Below the pieces are notes generated by a model. That model had not been told where the DNA came from. It did no database searches and worked only from the letters and a program-made list of their open reading frames with translations. Both the position numbers and the translations under genes were made by a program. A stretch of DNA of 64,000 bases. Source: Bacteroidales bacterium (GTDB lineage: Bacteria > Bacteroidota > Bacteroidia > Bacteroidales > P3). Shown here piece after piece: positions 1-9,351 of this stretch. Location of the stretch: assembly GCA_017448905.1 (NCBI GenBank), contig JAFSKP010000060.1:15867-79866 (forward strand), given 5' to 3'. The first letter of the stretch is position 1. Each line of letters starts with the position of its first letter.

Positions 1-1
1 G

Positions 2-421
2 GGCTGGTATGACCTGCAGCCTCTCTGCACCGAGGGCCAGGGTACCACACTCAATCCCGGCAATGGCCCCTACACGCTGGTGCAGCTCTCCATGCCTTTC
101 GGCATCGGAGCCAAGTATCATCCTAACAAGTCGTTCACACTGAGCGTGGAGTACGGTTTCAGAAAAACATGGACCGACTATCTCGACGATGTCAGCACCG
201 TGTATGTCGACAATGACGAGCTGAAAAAAATCATGGGTGACCTCGCCGCTGCCCTCGCCGACCGCACGGGCGAGGTGGAGCCGGGCGCGGTGAACAAAGC
301 CGGTATGAAGCGTGGCGACGACTCGCTCAACGACTGGTTTGCATACTTCAATGTGAATATGACCGTCAAGCTCGACCTCATTTTCGGGTGGATGCTGAAA
401 AAGAAATGCGACATCAAATGA
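2..421 (+). CDS. C-terminal part of an outer-membrane beta-barrel protein (DUF6089-like); 5' end lies outside the window
   Basis: The frame is open from base 2 (GWYDLQPLCTEGQGTTLNPGNGPYTLVQLSMPFGIGAKY...). It has an alternating beta-strand pattern. The family name is recalled, not searched. Confidence 0.55.
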   Translation, partial: GWYDLQPLCTEGQGTTLNPGNGPYTLVQLSMPFGIGAKYHPNKSFTLSVEYGFRKTWTDYLDDVSTVYVDNDELKKIMGDLAAALADRTGEVEPGAVNKAGMKRGDDSLNDWFAYFNVNMTVKLDLIFGWMLKKKCDIK

Positions 422-512
422 AGTGAGAAAGGAGAACGGAGAAGTGAGAAACGGAGACGTGAAAACCGAGAGAAACGTCAAAAGTAAAACGTCAAACATC
501 AAACATCAAACA

Positions 513-1256
513 ATGAAAACCATACAGGATATCGACCGGAGCCGGATTCCCAGGCATGTGGCTATAATCATGGACGGCAACGGACGCTGGGCAAAGCAGC
601 AGTCGGAGAAACGTCTTTTCGGTCACCAGCATGCCATTCAGGCAGTCAACGATGCCGTCGAGGCTGCCGCCGAACTCGGTGTGGAGTATTTGACTCTCTA
701 CACCTTTTCGACCGAGAACTGGAACCGTCCCCAAGACGAAGTCGATGGCCTCATGACGCTGCTGATAGATGTGGTTAAGGAACAGACTGAGAGACTGAAA
801 AAAAACAACATCCGTCTGCGTCTCATCGGCGATACCGGACGCGTACCGCAGGCTTCACGCAACGCCATAGAGCAATGTGTCGCCGACACTGCGTCGTGTA
901 CCGGCACCACACTCATCCTCGCCCTCAGCTACAGCTCGCGCTGGGAAATCGCACAGGCTATGCAAGCCATGGCACACGACGTGATGGCGCGTGCCTTGCA
1001 GCCGAACGACGTTGACGAAGAGACCATACGACAGTATCTCACTACTCGCGACATCCCCGACCCCGACTTGTTGATACGTACCGGCGGCGAACTCCGCCTG
1101 AGCAACTTCCTGCTCTGGCAGATGGCCTATACGGAGTTCTTCTTCACAGACTTGCTCTGGCCTGATTTCCGCAAAGGCCATTTCTTCGAGGCCGTCAGCG
1201 AATTCCAGCAACGCCAGCGTCGATACGGGAAAACCGGCGAACAGGTGGCAAATTAA
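513..1256 (+). CDS. uppS: Undecaprenyl-diphosphate synthase (isoprenyl transferase)
   Basis: Carries the IIMDGNGRWA motif plus LIRTGGELRLSNFLLWQMAYTEFFF. ATG at 513 (MKTIQD) is preferred over the GTG at 423, whose 30 extra residues are low complexity. Confidence 0.9.
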   Translation: MKTIQDIDRSRIPRHVAIIMDGNGRWAKQQSEKRLFGHQHAIQAVNDAVEAAAELGVEYLTLYTFSTENWNRPQDEVDGLMTLLIDVVKEQTERLKKNNIRLRLIGDTGRVPQASRNAIEQCVADTASCTGTTLILALSYSSRWEIAQAMQAMAHDVMARALQPNDVDEETIRQYLTTRDIPDPDLLIRTGGELRLSNFLLWQMAYTEFFFTDLLWPDFRKGHFFEAVSEFQQRQRRYGKTGEQVAN

Positions 1257-1416
1257 ATTTTTTACACCCAGTACAATATTGAACATCTTTTTGAGTTATT
1301 GTTTGCTAAAAGTCATTCCTGCTCATAAAATAGTGATGAAACATATACTTCCGATTCATGACACCACTCTTCGGCCCGGAAATGGAGGCAAGCTCCCATT
1401 CTCCTCGCTCTTGAGA

Positions 1417-3951
1417 ATGGTTCGTACAGCTGCTTTACTGATCCTGCTCTCGCCGTCACTGTCAGCGGTTAGTCAGGTTGTGGTGGGAGGCAGTTATGAT
1501 GTCGACTACCTTACTCCCAAGACATACGAGATTGGAGGCATCACTATCGACAATGAGGATAACCTCGACAACAGAATGGTACTGCTTGTCGCCGGACTGC
1601 AGGTGGGCGATGTCGTCAAGATTCCCGGCGACAAGATATCCACCGCCATCGACAATCTCTGGCAGCAGGGACTCTTCGAGGATGTGCAGATCCTCCTTTC
1701 CCGTATCCAGGACGACAAGGTGTTCCTCAAGATCGTTCTCCGGGGTCGCCCGAAGCTTGCTGCGGTGAGCTTCAACGGCGTCAGTGGTAGCGATGCCGAG
1801 AAGTTAGGCAAGGATTTCGACATACATGTCGGCGACGTGGTGACCGAAAACATTCTGAAGACCACCTGCAACAAAGCCAAGTCGTACTATGCCGACAAAG
1901 GCTTCACCAACGTCGAAGTCAACACCATACTGAAAAGCGATACCTCCGGGAAAGGCAACTATGTGATACTTACCTACGACATCAAGAAGGGCAAACGCGT
2001 GAAAATCGACTCCCTGATTATTGTGGGCAATGAGAATGTGGCTACCAACAAGTTGCTTCGCAAGATGAAGAACACCCATGATGTGCATTATGCCAAGAAG
2101 CTCTTCTTCTGGACCAAGGGGTTCTGGAGCCGCTCCAAATACCGTGAGTTCGAGCTTAGCAACGACCTCGACCAGCTCATAGCATACTATAACGAGCTTG
2201 GCTACCGTGACGCCCGCATTGTGAACGACACCGTATGGAATGTCGCCCCCGAGGACCTGAAGATGTCCAAAGGCAAGAAACGCAGACAAGACCGTGTCAA
2301 GGTGAAAGTAGAAGTTTTCGAGGGCCGTCCATACTTCTTCCGCAACATCACTTTCTCGGGCAATACCATCTACTCTTCCGAACTGCTTGCACAGCACTTG
2401 CGCATCAAGAAGGGAGACCCCTACAACAAGACCACCCTCGAGACGAACCTCACCTACAACCCTAGCGGTACCGACATCACCTCGATGTATATGGACAATG
2501 GCTACCTCTTCTTCAACGCCACCCCCGTCGAGGTGGCCGTGACGGGTGACTCCATCGACATCGAAATACGCATTGTCGAGGGCAAGCAGGCTCGCATCCG
2601 CAACGTCGTCGTCGAGGGTAACACCATCACCAACGACAAGATAATCTACCGCGAGCTGCATACCAAACCCGGCGACCTTTTCAGTCGCGATGCCGTCATC
2701 CGCAGTCGTCGTGAGCTTGTGACGTTAGGCTACTTCAAGGAGGAGACTCTCGTCCCCGAGCCTCGTCCCAACGCGCAGGACGGCACTGTCGACATCATCT
2801 ACAAAGTCGAGGAGAACCAGACTAGCCAGCTCCAGCTGCAAGGCGGCTACGGCAACGGCATGGTCATTGGACAGGTGGGTATACAGCTCAACAATTTCTC
2901 TGCACGCAACATCTTCAAGAGAGGGGCTTGGCAGCCTCTCCCTGCCGGCGACGGCCAGAAACTGTCACTCAACGCCGTCAGTAACGGACGCTACTACTAT
3001 GCCCTCAACGCTGGTTTCACCGAGCCTTGGCTCGGAGGCAAGCGTCCGCAGTCGCTCGGCATCTCGGTGTCGCACAACCTCCTCAGCAACGGCTTCTGGC
3101 AGGAGAAGGGAAGCAGCAGCTACTATAGCCTCTCCATTACAGGTGGTACAGTCTCCCTTACACGCCGTCTCAAATGGCCCGACGACTACTTCATCATGTC
3201 GCAGTCGCTCTCCTATCGCCACTATAATCTCAACAACTATACCTCGCTTACAGCCTATTTCACCGACGGCCATGCCAACGACCTGGCATACAGCTTAGGG
3301 TTCAGCCGCAATTCGCTCGACTCGCCCATCTACCCGCGTAGCGGCTCGGAATTGTCTTTGCAGGGCTTCGTAACCCCTCCCTATTCGCTGCTGAACGGCA
3401 AGGACTACAGCACAATGTCGGCCTCCGACCGCTACCGTTGGCTTGAGTACTACAAGCTTAACCTGCGCGGTTCATGGATGCTCAACCTCATAGGCGACAT
3501 TGTCCTCAATGCCCGTTTCCGTTTTGGATATATGGGCTACTATAACAGCGATATCGGCCTTTCGCCCTTCGGACGCTACTATGTGGGTGGCGACGGCCTT
3601 TCCTCCTGGCTGCTCGACGGTCGTGAAGTCATCCCTCTGCGCGGATACAACAATTCCAGCCTGAGTCCCAACAACGGAGCTTCAGTCTTCGACCGCTACA
3701 CCCTCGAGCTTCGCCAACCCATCATTGAGAGTGCCAGTGCCACGATATATGTCCTCGGCTTCCTTGAGGGTGGCAACTCATGGGCCACCATGAAAGAGTT
3801 CCAGCCCTTCAAGGTCTACAACTCCGCAGGTCTCGGCGTCCGCCTATATATGCCTATGTTCGGACTGATCGGCATCGACTGGGGCTATGGATTCGATGGC
3901 CTCAATGGCGGCAGCCAGTTCCACTTCAGCATAGGACAAAGTATCGACTGA
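1417..3951 (+). CDS. bamA: Outer membrane protein assembly factor BamA
   Basis: About 850 aa with POTRA-like repeats and a C-terminal barrel ending GGSQFHFSIGQSID. The uppS-bamA-skp order is typical. The start at 1417 gives the signal peptide MVRTAALLILLSPSLSAVSQ; alternative starts are 1336 (ATG) and 1279 (TTG). Confidence 0.88.
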   Translation: MVRTAALLILLSPSLSAVSQVVVGGSYDVDYLTPKTYEIGGITIDNEDNLDNRMVLLVAGLQVGDVVKIPGDKISTAIDNLWQQGLFEDVQILLSRIQDDKVFLKIVLRGRPKLAAVSFNGVSGSDAEKLGKDFDIHVGDVVTENILKTTCNKAKSYYADKGFTNVEVNTILKSDTSGKGNYVILTYDIKKGKRVKIDSLIIVGNENVATNKLLRKMKNTHDVHYAKKLFFWTKGFWSRSKYREFELSNDLDQLIAYYNELGYRDARIVNDTVWNVAPEDLKMSKGKKRRQDRVKVKVEVFEGRPYFFRNITFSGNTIYSSELLAQHLRIKKGDPYNKTTLETNLTYNPSGTDITSMYMDNGYLFFNATPVEVAVTGDSIDIEIRIVEGKQARIRNVVVEGNTITNDKIIYRELHTKPGDLFSRDAVIRSRRELVTLGYFKEETLVPEPRPNAQDGTVDIIYKVEENQTSQLQLQGGYGNGMVIGQVGIQLNNFSARNIFKRGAWQPLPAGDGQKLSLNAVSNGRYYYALNAGFTEPWLGGKRPQSLGISVSHNLLSNGFWQEKGSSSYYSLSITGGTVSLTRRLKWPDDYFIMSQSLSYRHYNLNNYTSLTAYFTDGHANDLAYSLGFSRNSLDSPIYPRSGSELSLQGFVTPPYSLLNGKDYSTMSASDRYRWLEYYKLNLRGSWMLNLIGDIVLNARFRFGYMGYYNSDIGLSPFGRYYVGGDGLSSWLLDGREVIPLRGYNNSSLSPNNGASVFDRYTLELRQPIIESASATIYVLGFLEGGNSWATMKEFQPFKVYNSAGLGVRLYMPMFGLIGIDWGYGFDGLNGGSQFHFSIGQSID

Positions 3952-3986
3952 TAAAGAAATCCCAAACCATCGAGCCTTCTTCCCTG

Positions 3987-4604
3987 ATGAAAAAAATCCT
4001 ACTTGCCATATTGCTAGTTATCCCGCTGGTGACCCACGCACAGAAGTATGCATGTGTCAACACGGAATATATCTTGTCGAATATCCCGGACTACGCCAGT
4101 GCGCAGTCGAAACTTGACAAGCAGTCGGCAGCATGGCAGAAGGAGATAGAAGACAAGTTCCAGGAAATCGACAAGCTCTACAAGACCTTCCAGCAAGAAG
4201 CCTACCTGTTGCCTGAGAACCTGAAACATAAGCGTGAGGATGAACTGAAAGCCAAGGAAGCTGAGGCCCGTGAGCTACAAAACAAGTATTTCGGCCCCGG
4301 AGGCGACCTCGACAAGAAGCGCTCTGAACTGATGAAACCCATCCAGGACCGCGTATACAATGCCATAGAACGTCTCGCCAAGGAGAAAAGCTATGCCTTC
4401 ATCCTCGATAAGTCGGGGTCGGCAACTTTGTTGTATGTCAATGCCAAGTACGACATCAGCGACCAGGTGCTCGACTTGCTTGGCTACAAGGCCGGAACAA
4501 AGAAAACCTCCGAAGGAAACGATGGAGGCAAAGGCGACGATGCTTCATCCTCTCGCCGCAAAGAAGTAGGCAATCCGGAGATGCGCATACCCGGGAAGAA
4601 ATAA
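3987..4604 (+). CDS. OmpH/Skp family periplasmic chaperone
   Basis: Signal peptide MKKILLAILLVIPLVTHAQ, a coiled-coil K/E/Q-rich body, and a position directly after bamA. Confidence 0.8.
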   Translation: MKKILLAILLVIPLVTHAQKYACVNTEYILSNIPDYASAQSKLDKQSAAWQKEIEDKFQEIDKLYKTFQQEAYLLPENLKHKREDELKAKEAEARELQNKYFGPGGDLDKKRSELMKPIQDRVYNAIERLAKEKSYAFILDKSGSATLLYVNAKYDISDQVLDLLGYKAGTKKTSEGNDGGKGDDASSSRRKEVGNPEMRIPGKK

Positions 4605-4642
4605 CAGATAGTGATAAACCAACAAATTACTTTATTATACCA

Positions 4643-5155
4643 ATGAAAAAAAGTCTGATTTTACTGATTGCCGCCATGTTCGCTTTCGGAACGACGGCAT
4701 TTGCACAAAAGAACATCAAGCTCGGACACATCAACTCCTCCGAGCTAATGCAAATCATGCCTGGCAAGGACTCTGCCCAGGCCGCATTCCAGGCCGAGGT
4801 TACCTTGCTTGAGGGCGAGCTCACGGCTATGCAGGAAGAGCTCCAGAAGAAGTACAACGACTATCAGGAGCGTAAAGCCCAGATGACAGAACTTATCCGC
4901 AACACTAAGGAACAGGAACTCAACGACCTTAACCAGCGCATACAGACCTACCAGCAGAATGCACAGCAGAAACTCCAGGAAAAGGAGAAAGAGCTGCTCC
5001 AACCCATCATCGACCGTGCCAAGGAGGCCATCGCTGCCGTCGCCAAAGAGAACGGCTACTCCTACATCTTCGACACCAGCGCCGGCACACTCCTCTACCA
5101 GCAGGACAGCGACGACATCCTGGAACTGGTAAAAAAGAAACTGGGACTGAAATAA
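4643..5155 (+). CDS. OmpH/Skp family periplasmic chaperone (second copy)
   Basis: Signal peptide MKKSLILLIAAMFAFGTTAFAQ and a Q/E/K-rich coiled coil. It sits in tandem with the previous gene. Confidence 0.85.
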   Translation: MKKSLILLIAAMFAFGTTAFAQKNIKLGHINSSELMQIMPGKDSAQAAFQAEVTLLEGELTAMQEELQKKYNDYQERKAQMTELIRNTKEQELNDLNQRIQTYQQNAQQKLQEKEKELLQPIIDRAKEAIAAVAKENGYSYIFDTSAGTLLYQQDSDDILELVKKKLGLK

Positions 5156-5171
5156 TAATGTTCGAATGCCT

Positions 5172-5225
5172 GAATGTCTGAATGCTTGAGTATTATGCAA
5201 GGAATACTCAAGCATTCAGACATTC
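5172..5225 (+). terminator. Long perfect hairpin (23-bp stem, 8-nt loop) after the skp pair
   Basis: GAATGTCTGAATGCTTGAGTATT-atgcaagg-AATACTCAAGCATTCAGACATTC. No strong U-tract follows it. Confidence 0.45.
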
Positions 5226-5240
5226 AAGCAATCATGTTTT

Positions 5241-5693
5241 ATGATTGAGAGAAACATTATCGAAATAAAGAACAAGAAGGCTGAATATCAGTACTTCCTG
5301 ATGGAGTCATTCACCGCAGGACTTGTTCTCACGGGCACCGAAATCAAGAGTATACGCGAAGGACGTGCCAACCTTACTGACGCCTATTGCACTTTCATCG
5401 GCAACGAGCTATTCGTGAGACAGATGCATATCAGCGAGTACCGTTTCGGCAGCTGGCTTAACCATGCCGCCAAGCGTGACCGTAAGCTGCTCCTCAACAG
5501 GAAAGAGTTACGCAAACTGCAGAACAAGATAAAGGAACGCGGCTTCACCATTGTGCCTACCCTGCTCTATGTCAACCCTCAGGGCTACGCAAAACTCGAT
5601 ATCAGCCTGGCCCGTGGCAAGAAGTTCTTCGATAAGCGTGAGAGCATAAAGGCCAAGGATACTCGCCGCGATATGGAAAGGGAATTGCGATGA
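5241..5693 (+). CDS. smpB: SsrA-binding protein SmpB
   Basis: 150 aa. Motifs NKKAEYQYF, GTEIKSIREGRANL, and the basic tail KRESIKAKDTRRDMEREL. Confidence 0.9.
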   Translation: MIERNIIEIKNKKAEYQYFLMESFTAGLVLTGTEIKSIREGRANLTDAYCTFIGNELFVRQMHISEYRFGSWLNHAAKRDRKLLLNRKELRKLQNKIKERGFTIVPTLLYVNPQGYAKLDISLARGKKFFDKRESIKAKDTRRDMERELR

Positions 5694-6955
5694 GAGTCTT
5701 CAAATTCGGTGGCGCCTCCGTCAACAGTGTTGAAGCCATACGCAATGTGGCTGAAATTGTAAGGAACTACCTCGACAAACCCCTTGTCGTCGTCGTGTCG
5801 GCTATGGGCAAGACGACAAACCTCCTGGAGCGTGTGGTGCCCGGTGTGCCTAAAAGCGAGACTGAAAGGAGAGAGCTGATTGCTCAATCGTCAGACTATC
5901 ATCTCTCTATTGCGCGTCAGCTCTTCGGTAACGACAGTAATCCGACAATTGACAGACTACAGGAGTTATTTTGCCAGCTCGAAAAGCGGAGTTCCATGCT
6001 ACCAGGCGTTTACAACTACGATTATGACCAGGTTGTCTCTTATGGCGAACTGCTTTCCACGACGTTGATAGCTGGCTATCTTAACAGCTTGTCTATTGAT
6101 ACCATGTGGGTTGACGTGCGTGAGGTGATTCGCACCAACGAAAACTACCGCGAAGGCATTGTCGATTTTGAAGCATCGCGATGCCGTGCGAGGGATATCA
6201 TTGGTTCCATGATTGATACACGACAGTGCAGGGTTGTCGTCACGCAGGGTTTCATTGCCGGAACCGACAAAGGTACCACCACGACACTGGGACGCGAAGG
6301 CAGCGACTACAGTGCCTCGGTACTCTCCTATTGCCTTGACGCTGAGAGTATGACCATCTGGAAGGATGTGCCAGGATTCCTCAATGCAGATCCGAAATTC
6401 TTCAGCAATACTATTAAAATCAACAAGATACCATTCAACGAAGCTATTGAATTGGCCTACTATGGTGCCTCTGTCATCCATCCCAAGACGGTGAAACCTA
6501 TCCAGAATAAAGGGATTAAACTCAATATCAAATCTTTCGTTGCACCGATGGCAGATGGTTCGGTGATAGGTCCATTCGAGAGTATCGAGCCTCTCACCCC
6601 GCTCTATATCGTAAAAAACGACCAGACACTGATATCCATTCTTCCGAAGGACTTCTCTTTCATCGCCGAAGACAACCTGCAGACTATCTTCGCAGTCCTT
6701 GCCAGGCACAATGTACGCGTCAACATGATGCAGAATTCTGCCCTCAGTTTCTCATTCTGCATCGACAACAACGAAATTCTTCTTGACGCGATACGCAAGA
6801 GTCTGCATGAGGCATTCCTGCTGCGTTACAATACCGGATTGCAGCTGATAACAATACGCTACTACAATCAGCAGATTATCGACGAGATCGTGGCAGGACG
6901 CAACATCGTGCTCCAGCAGCGCTCACGCAATACGGCACAACTATTGGTGGTATGA
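5690..6955 (+). CDS. Aspartate kinase
   Basis: N-terminus MRVFKFGGASV, SAMGKTTN, GREGSDYSA, and C-terminal ACT-like regions. Its start overlaps the smpB stop (ATGA). Confidence 0.85.
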   Translation: MRVFKFGGASVNSVEAIRNVAEIVRNYLDKPLVVVVSAMGKTTNLLERVVPGVPKSETERRELIAQSSDYHLSIARQLFGNDSNPTIDRLQELFCQLEKRSSMLPGVYNYDYDQVVSYGELLSTTLIAGYLNSLSIDTMWVDVREVIRTNENYREGIVDFEASRCRARDIIGSMIDTRQCRVVVTQGFIAGTDKGTTTTLGREGSDYSASVLSYCLDAESMTIWKDVPGFLNADPKFFSNTIKINKIPFNEAIELAYYGASVIHPKTVKPIQNKGIKLNIKSFVAPMADGSVIGPFESIEPLTPLYIVKNDQTLISILPKDFSFIAEDNLQTIFAVLARHNVRVNMMQNSALSFSFCIDNNEILLDAIRKSLHEAFLLRYNTGLQLITIRYYNQQIIDEIVAGRNIVLQQRSRNTAQLLVV

Positions 6956-7614
6956 AGCGTTCTTACCAACTGACAAAAAGCAAGTTTATCCTTGGGCAGC
7001 AGTGCGAGAAGGCACTCTACCTCAACGTCTATTTTCCGAAACTGGCGTATTATCCTCCCGAAACATTGGCCCGATTCAAAGCAGGTCGCGACTTCGAGGC
7101 AAAGGTCAAATCGCTCTTCCCTGAGGGAATTGATGTCAGCAAAGCTCTGGGATGGAAGATGGACCAGTATCCCGTCTATACGGCACAGCTGTTGAGGCAG
7201 CCTGGGGAGATAAATATTTATGAGGCTGGCTTTCTTTATAACGGTGTGCTGGTGCTGGCCGACGTGCTGCATAGGGACGGTGACGGCAACATTTCCATCT
7301 ACGAGATCAAGAACTCACTGTCGATGAGGGATGTCTTCGTTAGCGATGTCGGAATACAGCACTATGTCATAAGCCATTGCATTGACATAGGATCCTTTTC
7401 GGTAGTTTATAACGACGGGAATGACAATCCCCTCTACGAGGATATGCTTGCCAGTGCACGCGAGGCAGAGCCTGCCATTTCCGCCCAGGTCGAGCACTTC
7501 AAAGAGGTTCTCCAGGGATTCATGCCCTTGACCGAAGAAGGCGACCACTGCCATATTCCATACGACTGTCCTTTCTTGAGGCATTGTGGACGCAATAAGA
7601 ACAGAAAACAATAA
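6952..7614 (+). CDS. PD-(D/E)XK nuclease-fold protein with Cas4-like Cys cluster (DUF2779-like)
   Basis: D..(n)..IYEIK motif (LADVLHRDGDGNISIYEIKNS), N-terminal Cys (GQQCEK) and C-terminal CHIPYDCPFLRHC. ATGA overlap with the aspartate kinase stop. Confidence 0.5.
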   Translation: MKRSYQLTKSKFILGQQCEKALYLNVYFPKLAYYPPETLARFKAGRDFEAKVKSLFPEGIDVSKALGWKMDQYPVYTAQLLRQPGEINIYEAGFLYNGVLVLADVLHRDGDGNISIYEIKNSLSMRDVFVSDVGIQHYVISHCIDIGSFSVVYNDGNDNPLYEDMLASAREAEPAISAQVEHFKEVLQGFMPLTEEGDHCHIPYDCPFLRHCGRNKNRKQ

Positions 7615-7712
7615 TCACCAGAAGTTTAGTATAGTTGAAAATAGTTTTGATAATGATTATGGTTATTTTGCTGATAATGAGTGATAAAATCTTTAAACAT
7701 TAAACTTTACTT

Positions 7713-8126
7713 ATGGAGATTCGACCTTATTATCATGAAGTGAAGTACTACGAGTGCGATGGCATGGGTATCACGCATCATTCCAACTATATACGCTTTA
7801 TGGAAGAGGCCCGTGTCGACTGGATGGACCAGCTCGGCTATGGTTTTGATCGCATGGAGTCCGAAGGTGTAGTCTCGCCTGTTGTGTCTGTCGAATGCCG
7901 TTACCGTGTGCCGACCAGGTTCAAGGATAACATCGAGATAGCCGTCAGCGTGGCACATCTCAGCGAGCTGAAGATAACCTTCTCCTACACGATGAAGGTT
8001 GGTGGTCGCATGGTCTGCACGGCCGAAAGCACTCACTGCTTTCTCGAGTCAGGCAAGCCTGTCGCTCTCTCCCTGCGGTTTCCTAGGCTCTATGCCGCTA
8101 TACGGGAAGTGATAGGCCGCGAATGA
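7713..8126 (+). CDS. Acyl-CoA thioesterase (4HBT/YbgC-like hotdog fold)
   Basis: 137 aa. VKYYECDGMGITHHSNYIRFMEEARVDWM is typical of 4HBT thioesterases. Confidence 0.8.
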   Translation: MEIRPYYHEVKYYECDGMGITHHSNYIRFMEEARVDWMDQLGYGFDRMESEGVVSPVVSVECRYRVPTRFKDNIEIAVSVAHLSELKITFSYTMKVGGRMVCTAESTHCFLESGKPVALSLRFPRLYAAIREVIGRE

Positions 8127-8133
8127 CCTGTCA

Positions 8134-9204
8134 CTACAGTTTCGAGACTTTCAGCAATGCGTCGCGTACCTCGTTCTCGCTGATAGCGACATCGATGACA
8201 GGCGTGGCGTAATCCTGTAGCAGGACACATAGAATCAGGCCATCACGGTTCTTCTTGTCGTTACGCATATATTTCAGGATTGACTCTGTGTCGGCGAGAG
8301 AGTAACAGGGCAGGTCGACGGCATTCCTGACGATGTCGCGATAGTCGGCCAGTACACCCTCGTCCAGTCCTGTCTTTTTGACCGAAAGATAGAGTTCGCA
8401 TAGCATTCCTATGCCTACAGCTATGCCATGGCTCATGGACATGCCTCTCTCTATGGCGAAGCTCTCTATGCCATGGCCGAAGGTATGTCCGAAGTTAAGA
8501 ATCTTGCGTACAGACTGTTCTGCCGGGTCTGCTTCTGCTACGTTCGACTTGAAAGTGGCACAGTGGACAACCAGCTCCTTGGCTTCGTCCAGCAGGTTGC
8601 CGTTTTTGAATTTCAGATCGAATAGCAGTCCATTGAGCAATCTGCTGTCGGAGATATATAACGTCTTGAGAACCTCGAAAAAACCATTGGCAAGTTCGTC
8701 GGAGGGCAGCGAGTCCAGGAATAATGGATTCATGCACACTGCTTCGGGCTGCCAGAAGAATCCTACCGGGTTTTTGACATTATCCAGATTTACGGCTGTC
8801 TTGCCACCAATGGCGGCATCGGCCATGGCTATCAGGGTGGTAGGTATATTGATATAACGGATACCCCGTTTGAATCCGGCGGCCACAAAACCTCCAAGGT
8901 CGCAGACGCATCCTCCCCCGAGGTTGATGATGACGCTGTTTCTGTCGGCACCCGACTGTAACAGGCTCTCCCACAGCTGTGAAGCTACCTCAATACTTTT
9001 GGCCTCTTCACCCACTGGCACCTCGAAAAACTCTGCACCCTCAAGTGCCGGAACATGGGCTATCAACGAAGGCAGGCAGTGGGAATAGGTGTTCTCGTCA
9101 ACGATAATGAATAATTTCGAATCGTGGTAGGAAACTCCTTTCAACATCCTGTTCAGCTTGGACAATGCTGAAACTTTTGAGGGGAAAAGAATTTTGGATG
9201 TCAT
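8134..9204 (-). CDS. aroB: 3-dehydroquinate synthase
   Basis: Motifs GGGCVCDLGGFVAAGFKRGIRYINIPTTL, GGKTAVN and HTFGHGIE. ATG at 9204 (MTSKILF) is preferred over the upstream extension to 9288. Confidence 0.85.
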   Translation of the reverse strand: MTSKILFPSKVSALSKLNRMLKGVSYHDSKLFIIVDENTYSHCLPSLIAHVPALEGAEFFEVPVGEEAKSIEVASQLWESLLQSGADRNSVIINLGGGCVCDLGGFVAAGFKRGIRYINIPTTLIAMADAAIGGKTAVNLDNVKNPVGFFWQPEAVCMNPLFLDSLPSDELANGFFEVLKTLYISDSRLLNGLLFDLKFKNGNLLDEAKELVVHCATFKSNVAEADPAEQSVRKILNFGHTFGHGIESFAIERGMSMSHGIAVGIGMLCELYLSVKKTGLDEGVLADYRDIVRNAVDLPCYSLADTESILKYMRNDKKNRDGLILCVLLQDYATPVIDVAISENEVRDALLKVSKL

Positions 9205-9351
9205 ATAATATCTTGGTTCTATGTATGTTAAAGGCTGAAGTTGAAAAAGTGTTATTTTACAAATATACGAACAACGGTTTATTTTCACTCCTTATTCGGC
9301 GAGTATGCTTTTTTTCGTGTATCTTTGCAAAAAGAAATCGGCATATAAAAA

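Noticed and set aside
423-512. An N-terminal extension of uppS from a GTG start (MRKENGEVRNGDVKTERNVKSKTSNIKHQT).
   Set aside because: It is a low-complexity basic peptide with no counterpart in UppS proteins. The conserved protein begins at the ATG at 513.
1279-1416. A longer BamA N-terminus (TTG at 1279 or ATG at 1336).
   Set aside because: The extra 20-46 residues precede a good signal peptide (MVRTAALLILLSPSLSAVSQ) and have no BamA counterpart. They are kept only as alternative starts.
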